NCBI GenBank assembly: GCA_039930525.1
Contig: JBDTTS010000002.1
Coordinates: 9,197 to 33,196 of the forward strand
Direction: 5' to 3'
Source: Actinomycetes bacterium
GTDB lineage: Bacteria > Actinomycetota > Actinomycetes > JAHEKZ01
Length of the DNA stretch: 24,000 nt
Shown: piece by piece, positions 16,152 through 24,000 of the stretch
How positions within the stretch are numbered: position 1 is the stretch's first letter
How the letters are laid out: each line of letters opens with the position of its first letter
Translations under genes and position numbers: made by a program
The notes under the pieces: model-generated
What the model was told of the DNA's origin: nothing
What the model saw: the letters and a program-made list of their open reading frames with translations, nothing else
The model's database searches: none

Positions 16152-16586
16152 TCAAACACCCTCGGCGAGCTGGCGCGCGTATTCCTCGGCGTCGTAGGTT
16201 CCGATCGACTTCTCGATCAATCCATTGTCGCCCAGCGTCCAGGACTCGAATCCGTCCACCCGAACCGACTTGCCGGTGCCGCCGGGCCCGGTGTTGGTGC
16301 CGGTGAACGTCCAGTGGTACTCAACGGAGTCGTTCTCCACGATCAGGTCGCGCAAGTAGACCTGCATGTCAGGCAGGCCTTCGTAGAAGCTTGCCGCCAC
16401 GGCTGTGAGGGCCGCTGTGCCAACGGCAGCCGCACCGCCGTTGATCGCCAAGGAACCATTCGGTGCATAGTGCGCAGCGACAGACGCGGGATCCCCGCTG
16501 CACCAGGCCGCCGTGTAGCTCTCGGCGAACGACCTGAGCTTGTCGATATCCTCGGCCACGGGGTTTCCTTCCGGATAGCACTCCAT
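16152..16586 (-). CDS. SnoaL-like (NTF2 superfamily) ester-cyclase-type protein
   Basis: '...LRSFAESYTAAWCSGDPASVAAHYAPNGSLAINGG...FYEGLPDMQVYLRDLIVENDSVEYHWTFTGTNTGPGGTGKSVRVDGFESWTL' is the typical SnoaL polyketide-cyclase-like pattern. The start is uncertain (ATG 16586 has no spaced RBS); the longer 16721 start probably reads through a GNAT remnant. Confidence 0.65.
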   Translation of the reverse strand: MECYPEGNPVAEDIDKLRSFAESYTAAWCSGDPASVAAHYAPNGSLAINGGAAAVGTAALTAVAASFYEGLPDMQVYLRDLIVENDSVEYHWTFTGTNTGPGGTGKSVRVDGFESWTLGDNGLIEKSIGTYDAEEYARQLAEGV

Positions 16587-16589
16587 CTC

Positions 16590-17136
16590 CGTATGAGCCC
16601 ACGGTAGAGCACGGGCGCATCCGCTCGCATGGAATGCGAGCAGCTCTAGACCGGAGGACCGATCGGGATCGACGTCAGCGTCCACTAGCGCGTCTCGGCG
16701 AAGTGGCCACCCTGCAGCCACGATGATCGATCGGGTCGCATGTCAGCGCGGCCACCCTTCGCGTGCCTCCCTGAGCATGCCAGTGGAGGGCCGCAGGCTG
16801 CAGCACTGACATTCGGTCGAGCATCGCCATCAGGTCAGCGTGTTTGTAGGACTCGACGGTCTGCGTCAACGAGGACACGAGGACCTCGGCGACTTCGTGA
16901 GCGTCCGGGGGCATCCAGACAGCGACCGCGGAGCTGTCGCCCAGATGCCAGACACCACCTGCGTCATATGCAGCCGCAGAGGTCTGCGACAGAAAGATGG
17001 GAAAGCCTTCGAGATCGCGTTCGGTCTCGGGATAGAGCCATCTCTGCACCGGATCCTCGGCAAACGCCAGGATCAATGTGGCTTCGGCAGCCGCCCGCTG
17101 ATCGTCGCGAACTAGTGAAGCTCCGTCGCGTCTCAT
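16590..17136 (-). pseudogene. GNAT-like acetyltransferase, probably frameshifted or truncated
   Basis: The N-terminal half 'AAEATLILAFAEDPVQRWLYPE...GGVWHLGDSSAVAVWMPP...LHW' resembles a common actinobacterial GNAT subfamily. The expected acetyl-CoA-binding Q/RxxGxG/A segment after 'HW' is missing in this frame, and a possible C-terminal remnant lies in the frame of ORF 16152..16721. Confidence 0.35.
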
Positions 17137-17321
17137 GCGGAGACCCTATTGGCACTCTGGGATCCAGCCCAGAGTCCTGACCGGCCTGTAGCACAGTGCG
17201 CGGCACCGACGCCGCCTCCCGAGCGTGCTCCTGCGAACTCTTGTGTGACAGATCAGACTTCATAAGGGAGGTCCACAAAGGTTGACTTAGGACTACTTGT
17301 CTCCGCGGCCAAGCCGACAGC

Positions 17322-17800
17322 CGGAACGTGCGGGATTCCTGTGGGAACCTGCTGGACCCTGCGGCGGCCCTTGCGGGCGTTGGCCGGGCTCAAGTTCCTT
17401 GGCCGGTTTCCGGTCGTGCCTGATCTAAGGAGGTTGCGTGAAGTGTGAGGCCCGGGTGTCAGGCAGCGACTTGAGGAGGTGATGGTTGTCGATCGATCGC
17501 CTGCTTCCAGGTGTGTGGGCCCAGTCGGAGTCGGGATCGGTCGGTGGCCGACGACGAGCCCCAGGGGAGCATGGAACCCAGGGACAGGATTGTCACGATC
17601 CACGCAACAGTTGCCTGCCCGAACTTGCTGCTCGAGTCGTTCCGCACTCCCATGTGGCACCGTCCCATCGATTCAGAATGTACTTCGGGTGGAACTGCAC
17701 TGCCTCGTCCCAGGTTCGGGCCAGCGCCGCAGTCTTCGACTCAACTGAAAGTTGCTCGAGCACGAATGCTGCTTCCAGATTTGGCCATATCTACTTCCAC
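17322..17800 (-). mobile_element. Copy C: divergent terminus of the transposase-like element (tail plus last few dozen codons)
   Basis: 17322-17523 aligns with 11792-12030 (shared 'acgtgcgggattcct..gtgggaa..ctggaccctgc..gcgggcgttgg.cgggc' ... 'tcaggcagcg.cttg' ... 'ccaggtgtg.gggccca'); copy A carries about 60 extra nt. ORF 17459..17668 ends 'GPHTWKQAIDRQPSPPQVAA', against copy A's 'ARHTWQRAIDRQQSPPKPLP'. Upstream of that point only weak, frame-broken similarity remains. Confidence 0.5.
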
Positions 17801-17802
17801 GG

Positions 17803-19080
17803 TTAGGTCCGCAGCGATGCCACGACCACTTCCCCCGCGGGGACAGTCACAGTTTGCGATCGACCGATTGCCGCGATCTCCGCTGTTGCCGTCGGGACTG
17901 TAACCGACTGCTGTGACTCTGGGTCAAAAATTTGTGCGGCTTGCCAGAGCAGAAGATTCAACACCCCAGTCCGAGTCCCGGTGAGCAACCACCTCACATT
18001 CGCGGGTGCCCCGACTTTGAGGCGCACTGGCTCTGGGGTAAAGGGCCGACCGGGATCCTTCAGCGATGCTAGGAATGTCCGCATGACATCCGCTTCCGGC
18101 TTCTCGGTCCAGGTCGCGGAGTCAAGACTGGGGGTTCGCCACAGGCCGAAACTGGACTCGATATCAGCGTTGTCGGGATCGGGATCGTCAAGCAACTCAT
18201 AGCGAATGCTTTGACAGCCGCGGGTAAAGAACTCAAGGACAGTGATGGGAGCGTAGGCAGCCGAAACCTCCTCAGGAACCGGCAGGTGCCCGTCTGGAGT
18301 GGCCATTGCGTTTGTGTATCCGGTCTCGGTGACCCAAGTGGGTACATCGCCATACGCTTCGTTGATCCACCCGAGACGCTCGTCCACGAGGTAGTCCGGA
18401 TAGCGCCCTCCGAAGTACCGATGCAAGCCCGCGTAGTCGAAGTAGTTCTGAACACCGAGTGAACCCAACCTGAGATGGTCGGCGTAGGCGGTGGGGACGG
18501 TGGCGTGTAGTGAGGGGCCGATGACTTGTGTACTGGGCATTTCGGTTTTGACGAATTCGTAGATGGCTTTTTGCACATCTAGCGTCTGTTCAGCCCAGTC
18601 TGCAGGTGGACTCCCACCACCTCTGATGTTGTTGGGTTCATTGACTCCTTCAATGGCGATGATGACGTCAGCGGCATTGTCCCGAATGTGCGCCAATCGG
18701 GAATTGAGGGCGGTGGTCGACTGTGTCCAGTCCGGTGGGGTGACGGTTGCTACCCATCCCAGTCCGAGGCTGCGCGCCTCGCTGACAGTTTGAGCAACGC
18801 TCTCCAGCCCCTCGGCATAGAGGCCCCGGAAGTACCGCACGTCGAGCGTTGCCAGGCGATCGATCCACGCGCCAGTGTCGGCGTAGACCGTGGTATTGAA
18901 GTTCGGGTGCGTACAGACGCCATAGGACTGATAGATCAGGTCTGAATGGACGGGCACCACCTGCTGCGCGACGGGGCTTGCCAGGGTTGCCTTCTCGAGG
19001 TCTGATCCTGACCTCCGGAGGGTGAATGCGAGGCCAGCTACCCCGGCCCCCGCAATCAGAGCCCTGCGGGTGAGCCCCAT
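17803..19080 (-). CDS. TAT-secreted clan GH-A-like glycoside hydrolase (TIM barrel plus C-terminal beta domain)
   Basis: ATG 19080 is preceded by GGAGG at 5-nt spacing, giving the TAT signal 'MGLTRRALIAGAGVAGLAFTL'. 'IIAIEGVNEPNN' is a candidate acid/base Glu in an NEP motif, and 'TWVTETGYTN' a candidate nucleophile Glu. This arrangement is typical of GH5/GH39-like enzymes; the exact family is unknown. Confidence 0.55.
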   Translation of the reverse strand: MGLTRRALIAGAGVAGLAFTLRRSGSDLEKATLASPVAQQVVPVHSDLIYQSYGVCTHPNFNTTVYADTGAWIDRLATLDVRYFRGLYAEGLESVAQTVSEARSLGLGWVATVTPPDWTQSTTALNSRLAHIRDNAADVIIAIEGVNEPNNIRGGGSPPADWAEQTLDVQKAIYEFVKTEMPSTQVIGPSLHATVPTAYADHLRLGSLGVQNYFDYAGLHRYFGGRYPDYLVDERLGWINEAYGDVPTWVTETGYTNAMATPDGHLPVPEEVSAAYAPITVLEFFTRGCQSIRYELLDDPDPDNADIESSFGLWRTPSLDSATWTEKPEADVMRTFLASLKDPGRPFTPEPVRLKVGAPANVRWLLTGTRTGVLNLLLWQAAQIFDPESQQSVTVPTATAEIAAIGRSQTVTVPAGEVVVASLRT

Positions 19081-19120
19081 GTCCACCTCCCCCAAGGGAC
19101 CGGTGCCGATCCTGAGGAGT

Positions 19121-20227
19121 TCAAGGAGTCGGATCGAGGTGGAAGCGCTGGAAGGGGACACTGCACGGGTGACCTGGGGAGAGCCACATCGATCGACTCT
19201 CTGACTCACAGATCATCGCGAACAGGATAGTTGAGCCTTCGTCCCCATCGACCGGGTCGGGGTGCACGCAGATCGATTGGTCTTCGCCGGCATGGTCGGC
19301 GAGGAGGAGTGACACGTCCTCGACAGTCGCCGTTGAACCACTTGCCAGCGACTGTGCCCGCCTGAGTCTGGATGCACTGCCATCTGACACCTCGAAGGTT
19401 TGCTTCGCCACGTCGGGGTCCAGCGCGTGGTTAGTGTGCACCTGGCTCGATACGAGTGCTGCAGTTGTCGCCGTAGTCTCGATCACGCACGACTCGCCAC
19501 CGGCGAACGTGCAGAGGTATGAGTAGCCACCAGCACGGCCCGATCGGTTGGCCCGCTTGAAGGCATCGGCGGGGTCGACGGCGTCCAACAGGGAACGGGC
19601 CACAAGCGCGCGCGGGATGCCCGGACGTTCGTCTTTGGCCGACAGCGACATCGTTCCGAACGCGGCGCCGTATTCGTTCAGGCCAACCAGGGGCAGGGTT
19701 CCCGCTACTACTGGGGCGAGCAGGACAGGACCATCGTTCGGTGAGTCTCGAACGATCCCCACCGCACCGTCATCGCCCGAGTACCACTGCTCGTTGTGCC
19801 CCAGAAGGGTGGTTCTGTCCGCCTTCAAAACAACGTCGGTGCAACGTTCGGCAGCAGTGGGCGCCGGATTCGCGAGCTCGACGATGCCGTAGATCTCCTC
19901 GAAGGCGTTCGCGGCGAATAGATCCAGGAACGATTGCTCGGCCCCAGCGGCGATACCGCGTATTTGCTTCACCAGGTCGGGCAGCGCCACCTCGGACGCC
20001 TCGACGAACGGGGTGAGTATCGATTCGAGCGCGAGACGATCGATTCCGTGCCGCGCCAGGTAGCGGCTGTTGAAAGCCACTGATTTGGCGATTGCTTCGC
20101 GAAACGCCCCACCAATGATCGCGCCGCGCTCGAAGGGCGTGCCCTTTGCTTCGACGGGCGTCAACTCGGGGCTTGGCACAGCGCTCGAGGGTTGGGGTGA
20201 TTGGCTGAGTTCGGGCTGCACCCTCAA
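19121..20227 (-). CDS. Peptidase C45-like N-terminal-nucleophile acyltransferase/hydrolase
   Basis: 368 aa. 'ERCTDVVL...LLGHNEQW' resembles the autoprocessing Cys site and the following HNE/D-W block of the acyl-CoA:6-APA acyltransferase (C45) family. No signal peptide. The start is non-ATG (TTG 20227 or GTG 20221), so uncertain. Confidence 0.5.
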   Translation of the reverse strand: MRVQPELSQSPQPSSAVPSPELTPVEAKGTPFERGAIIGGAFREAIAKSVAFNSRYLARHGIDRLALESILTPFVEASEVALPDLVKQIRGIAAGAEQSFLDLFAANAFEEIYGIVELANPAPTAAERCTDVVLKADRTTLLGHNEQWYSGDDGAVGIVRDSPNDGPVLLAPVVAGTLPLVGLNEYGAAFGTMSLSAKDERPGIPRALVARSLLDAVDPADAFKRANRSGRAGGYSYLCTFAGGESCVIETTATTAALVSSQVHTNHALDPDVAKQTFEVSDGSASRLRRAQSLASGSTATVEDVSLLLADHAGEDQSICVHPDPVDGDEGSTILFAMICESESRSMWLSPGHPCSVPFQRFHLDPTP

Positions 20228-20311
20228 AGTCTAGTTCCGGCGGTCAACCGTCCGGCAGCTTCCCTGCCATCGCTGAGTCCAGTTGGACACGTTGCCGGTG
20301 AATGACCCCGG

Positions 20312-22270
20312 TTAGTCAAGTGCGCCGACGAACTGCGCGTTGTAGAGGGCGAAGTACACCCCCTGCCGTTCGAGGAGCTCGGAGTGAGTGCCCTGCTCGA
20401 CGATCTGCCCAGCCTCCATCACGATGATTTCGTCGGCATCGCGGATCGTGGATAGCCGGTGCGCAATGACGAAGCTGGTTCGGTTAGACCTCAGGGCGCT
20501 CATAGCCTTCTGCACGAGGACCTCTGTTCGGGTGTCTACCGAACTTGTCGCCTCGTCAAGGATCAAGAGGGACGGGGCCGCGAGGAAGGCTCGCGCGATC
20601 GTGACCAACTGCCGCTCACCCGAACTGAGGTTGCTGGCCTCATCGTCGATGACCGTGTCGTAACCATCCGGGAGAGCGTGAACGAACCGGTCGACGTACG
20701 TGGCTCGGGCTGCGTCCTGGATCTCCTCTTCACTGGCATCGGGTCTTCCGTAGGCAATGTTTTCTCGAATCGTCCCGCCGAACAACCAGGTTTCCTGCAA
20801 CACCATGCCGATCTGGCTTCTTAGGTCACTCCGGCACATCGAAGTGATATCTGTTCCGTCGAGGGTGATCCGCCCGGCGTCGAGTTCGTAAAAGCGCAAG
20901 AGCAAGTTGACCAGAGTGGTCTTGCCAGCTCCCGTCGGTCCGACGATCGCGACGGACTGCCCGGGCTCGGCCACCAGCGACAGGTTTTCGATGAGCGGTG
21001 TACCCGGGACGTACCGGAAGGAGACATCCTCGAACTCCACCCGACCGGTCGTTTCCACGGGGCGTGCTGGGTCGATGTGGTCCGGAATCTGGTCTTCGGC
21101 GTCCAGCAGCTCGAATACTCGTTCGGCCGAGGCAACACCTGACTGCAACAGGTTCGACATGGACGCCACCTGTGTGAGGGGCTGACTGAACTGCCGCGAG
21201 TACTGGATGAATGCCTGGACGTCGCCTAGTGACATCGTCCCCGACGCGACACGAAGGCCACCGAACACGGCGATGAGAACGTAGTTCAGGTTTCCGATGA
21301 AGGTGATCGCCGGCATGATGATTCCGGACAGGAACTGAGCGCCGGCGCTGGCCCGGTACAACGATTCGTTCCGTTCAGCGAAGACTGCTTCAGCCTTTGC
21401 CTGGTGTCCGAAAACTTGCACGAGAGCGTGACCGGTGAACGTCTCTTCAACGTGCGCGTTGAGTGTGCCGGTCTCGTCCCATTGCTGGATGAAGAGCGGC
21501 TGAGATCGCTTGGCAATCAGCATCGTGACGACGATGGACAGCGGTATCGAGACCAATGCCACCAAAGCCAGCGTCGGCGAGATCAGCAGCATCATCGCCA
21601 AGACGCCCACCAAAGTCATCACCGAGGTGAGCAGCTGACTCAGTGTTTGCTGCATGGTCTGCTGAATGTTGTCGATGTCGTTGGTGACACGACTGAGCAG
21701 CTCACCCCGAGGGTGAGTGTCGAAGTAGCGAAGCGGCAGTCGGTGAAGCTTCTCTTCGACGGATCTACGCAAGCGCAACACAGTGCGTTGCACCACGCCG
21801 TTGAGGATGTATGCCTGAAGCCACATCACCAGGGACGCCCCGACGTACAAGGCGAGCACGAGGATCAGGGTGCGGCCGAGCGCGTCGAAATCGATCTCCT
21901 GTCCAGGGACAACCGTCATGCCCGACAGCAGGTTTGCGTAGCCGTCCTGCCCCGCAGACCTCGCCGCGTCGATCGCCTGCTGTTGCGTCATGCCAGAAGG
22001 AAGCTGAGCGCCAATAACGCCGGAGAAGATGATGTTGGTGGCGTGGCCCAGGATCCGCGGGCCGATGACCGACAACGTGACGCTGAACACCGTCAGCATC
22101 ACCACCAGCAGAGCTAGGGCGCGTTCCGGATGAAGCTGAGCGAGGAGCCTCCGGGCAGAGGGAACGAAGTTGAGCGACTTCTCGGTCGGCATGGCCGCAC
22201 CCATCGCCGCCCCAGGTCCATGTCGCGGTGTCGAACCTGGGGGTGGACGAGTCCCCGACTGAGTGCTCAT
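20312..22270 (-). CDS. ABC exporter half-transporter (TMD-NBD), subunit B
   Basis: 652 aa: six-helix type I exporter TMD, then an NBD with Walker A 'GPTGAGKTT', signature '[14 protein letters not shown]' and Walker B '[12 protein letters not shown]'. ATG 22270 overlaps the upstream stop (ATGA). Confidence 0.9.
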   Translation of the reverse strand: MSTQSGTRPPPGSTPRHGPGAAMGAAMPTEKSLNFVPSARRLLAQLHPERALALLVVMLTVFSVTLSVIGPRILGHATNIIFSGVIGAQLPSGMTQQQAIDAARSAGQDGYANLLSGMTVVPGQEIDFDALGRTLILVLALYVGASLVMWLQAYILNGVVQRTVLRLRRSVEEKLHRLPLRYFDTHPRGELLSRVTNDIDNIQQTMQQTLSQLLTSVMTLVGVLAMMLLISPTLALVALVSIPLSIVVTMLIAKRSQPLFIQQWDETGTLNAHVEETFTGHALVQVFGHQAKAEAVFAERNESLYRASAGAQFLSGIIMPAITFIGNLNYVLIAVFGGLRVASGTMSLGDVQAFIQYSRQFSQPLTQVASMSNLLQSGVASAERVFELLDAEDQIPDHIDPARPVETTGRVEFEDVSFRYVPGTPLIENLSLVAEPGQSVAIVGPTGAGKTTLVNLLLRFYELDAGRITLDGTDITSMCRSDLRSQIGMVLQETWLFGGTIRENIAYGRPDASEEEIQDAARATYVDRFVHALPDGYDTVIDDEASNLSSGERQLVTIARAFLAAPSLLILDEATSSVDTRTEVLVQKAMSALRSNRTSFVIAHRLSTIRDADEIIVMEAGQIVEQGTHSELLERQGVYFALYNAQFVGALD

Positions 22271-24000
22271 GCGGCACCCTCTGTTGGGAGTTGTGACTCC
22301 ACGATCTCGAGGTATGTGTCGCAGGTCAGTAGCAGTTCGTCATGCTGGCCTACGCCGACCAGTGCCCCGTGTTCGAGCACCAGGATCTGGTCGGCATCGA
22401 TGACGCTTGAGACCCGTTGCGCCACCATGAGCACGGTGGCGTTGCCCGTCTCTGCGCGCAGCGCCGATCGGAGGCGAGCGTCAGTGGCCAGATCGAGTGC
22501 CGAAAAGGAGTCGTCGAAGAGGTAGATCTCCGGCCGGCGAATGATGGCACGCGCGATGGCGAGACGCTGTCGCTGTCCACCCGAGAAGTTGGTGCCACCT
22601 TGAGCCACCGGCGCGTTGAGTCCGTCAGGAGCGGCTCGGACGAAGTCCTCTGCTTGTGCGACCCCCAAGGCACTCCACATCTCGGCCTCGCTGGCATCGG
22701 CCTTGCCGTACTGCAGGTTGCTCGCGATCGTCCCGGAGAACAGGTAGGACTGCTGCGGAACGAGCCCGAGCCGAGCGTGCAAGGCTCTGGGCGCCAAGTC
22801 TCTGACGTCGACACCGTCGACGCGTACCTCACCTGCCGTGGCGTCGAAGAGCCTGGCAACAAGGGATATGAGCGTTGTCTTTCCGGCCCCGGTGCTGCCG
22901 ACGATTGCGGTCAGCTGTCCCGGTCTCGAGACGAATGTGATGTCGCGCAGGACCGGTTCCTCGGCCCCTGGGTATTGCAGCCCGGCACCCACTAGCTCGA
23001 CTGTTGCGTGAGAGATCGGTGTCGCGCCGGTGGTGGTGGCGGGAACGACAGTCGAGTCGGTGTCGAGGACCTCACGGATCCGATCGGCGGCGACCGTTGC
23101 GCGGGGAATGAGCACGACCATGAAGGTGGCCATCATGATCGCCATGAGAATCTGGATCAGGTACGCCAAGAAGGCAGTCATCGACCCGATCTGCATCTGA
23201 CCGCTCGCCACCCGGTGCCCACCAAACCAGATCACCGCAACGCTGGCTGCGTTCAGGACCAGCATGATCGTGGGAAACATCAGGGCCATCAGGCGGCCTA
23301 CACGAAGAGCGGTGTCGGTGAGGTCTTCGTTCGCCACCCCGAACCGCTGCTGCTCGATCGGCTCGCGAACGAACGCGCGCACCACGCGAATGCCCGTGAT
23401 CTGTTCCCGAAGCACCCGGTTGACCACGTCGATTCGGGCCTGCATGAGACGGAACTGCGGAACCATGCGGGTAACGATCAGGGTGATCACCACCAAGAGC
23501 ACCGTCACGCTAACGACGATCAGCCAAGCGAGTCCGAGGTCTTGGCGAAGGGCCATCACGATGCCGCCGACGCACATGATCGGGGCCGTGATCATCATTG
23601 TGCACGACAACAGCACCAGCATCTGGACCTGTTGGACGTCATTGGTGTTGCGGGTGATCAATGACGGAGCGCTGAAGTGCGCCATCTCCCTGGCCGAGAA
23701 AGTGCCGACCTGCTGAAACAGCGAGGAGCGGGTGTCTCGCCCGAATGCCATCGACGCATGGGCGCCGTACCAGACCGCGGCGATGGTGCAGACGATCTGG
23801 ACGAGCGTCACTGCCAGCATGATGCCGCCGATGCGCACGATGTATCCGGTGTCTCCGGTGGCGACACCGTTGTCGATGATGTCGGCGTTCAGCGTGGGGA
23901 GGTACAGAGCGGCGATCGTGGCGAGGAATTGCAGGACGACGACTGCAGATAATTCTCGTTTGTAGGGTTCGAGGAACCGCCGCAGAAGGGGGATCAGCAC
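22267..24000 (-). CDS. ABC exporter half-transporter (TMD-NBD), subunit A; N-terminus at or beyond the window edge
   Basis: Walker A 'GSTGAGKTT', signature '[14 protein letters not shown]', Walker B '[12 protein letters not shown]'. The frame is open to position 24000 (GTG there), so the true start cannot be fixed. Confidence 0.85.
   Translation of the reverse strand: MLIPLLRRFLEPYKRELSAVVVLQFLATIAALYLPTLNADIIDNGVATGDTGYIVRIGGIMLAVTLVQIVCTIAAVWYGAHASMAFGRDTRSSLFQQVGTFSAREMAHFSAPSLITRNTNDVQQVQMLVLLSCTMMITAPIMCVGGIVMALRQDLGLAWLIVVSVTVLLVVITLIVTRMVPQFRLMQARIDVVNRVLREQITGIRVVRAFVREPIEQQRFGVANEDLTDTALRVGRLMALMFPTIMLVLNAASVAVIWFGGHRVASGQMQIGSMTAFLAYLIQILMAIMMATFMVVLIPRATVAADRIREVLDTDSTVVPATTTGATPISHATVELVGAGLQYPGAEEPVLRDITFVSRPGQLTAIVGSTGAGKTTLISLVARLFDATAGEVRVDGVDVRDLAPRALHARLGLVPQQSYLFSGTIASNLQYGKADASEAEMWSALGVAQAEDFVRAAPDGLNAPVAQGGTNFSGGQRQRLAIARAIIRRPEIYLFDDSFSALDLATDARLRSALRAETGNATVLMVAQRVSSVIDADQILVLEHGALVGVGQHDELLLTCDTYLEIVESQLPTEGAA

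Noticed and set aside
17253-17321. Possible degenerate second tRNA next to tail copy C, by analogy with copy A.
   Set aside because: No T-loop (GGTTCGA-type), acceptor pairing or cloverleaf can be drawn from this sequence.
1-24000. CRISPR arrays, rRNA genes, riboswitch-like leaders (e.g. 5425-5644 upstream of the M1 peptidase), toxin-antitoxin pairs and known defence-system signatures.
   Set aside because: There are no regularly spaced short repeats, no rRNA-like sequence and no conserved riboswitch cores I could recognise. No small-gene pairs or nuclease, helicase or ATPase combinations suggest defence systems.

Overview
High-GC, actinobacterial-type chromosomal window (taxon is an inference from composition, TAT signals and gene families). 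Positions 1-9600 look like ordinary chromosome: a GAF-GGDEF diguanylate cyclase, an SGNH hydrolase, a SAM methyltransferase, an ABC-2 ATPase/permease pair, a secreted M1 metallopeptidase with an extra inserted domain, and a TAT-lipoprotein flavin amine oxidase. A block that looks lower in GC by eye (about 9600-11700) carries a secreted S1 serine protease, a possible small secreted ORF and an atypical methyltransferase, and ends at a tRNA-Arg(CCT) gene (11719-11791, minus strand). On the other side of the tRNA lies a roughly 6-kb mosaic region (11792-17800), the most interesting part of the window. It holds three same-orientation, 5'-truncated copies of a DDE-transposase-like element, several gene fossils (CpaF-type ATPase fragment, orphan gene 3' end, decayed NTF2-like paralogue, decayed GNAT-like gene) and a few intact genes. 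The key intact gene is a full-length heliorhodopsin (12643-13428) with the retinal-binding Lys and counterion Glu in place. It is packed cassette-like between two direct, roughly 450-bp copies of the transposase remnant. The right end (17803-24000) is a co-directional minus-strand cluster: two half-transporter ABC exporters (translationally coupled), a peptidase-C45-like N-terminal-nucleophile acyltransferase and a TAT-secreted clan GH-A-like glycoside hydrolase. I saw no CRISPR array, rRNA, integrase or retinal-biosynthesis genes. All calls rest on reading the translated ORFs and aligning repeats by eye; no database search was possible.
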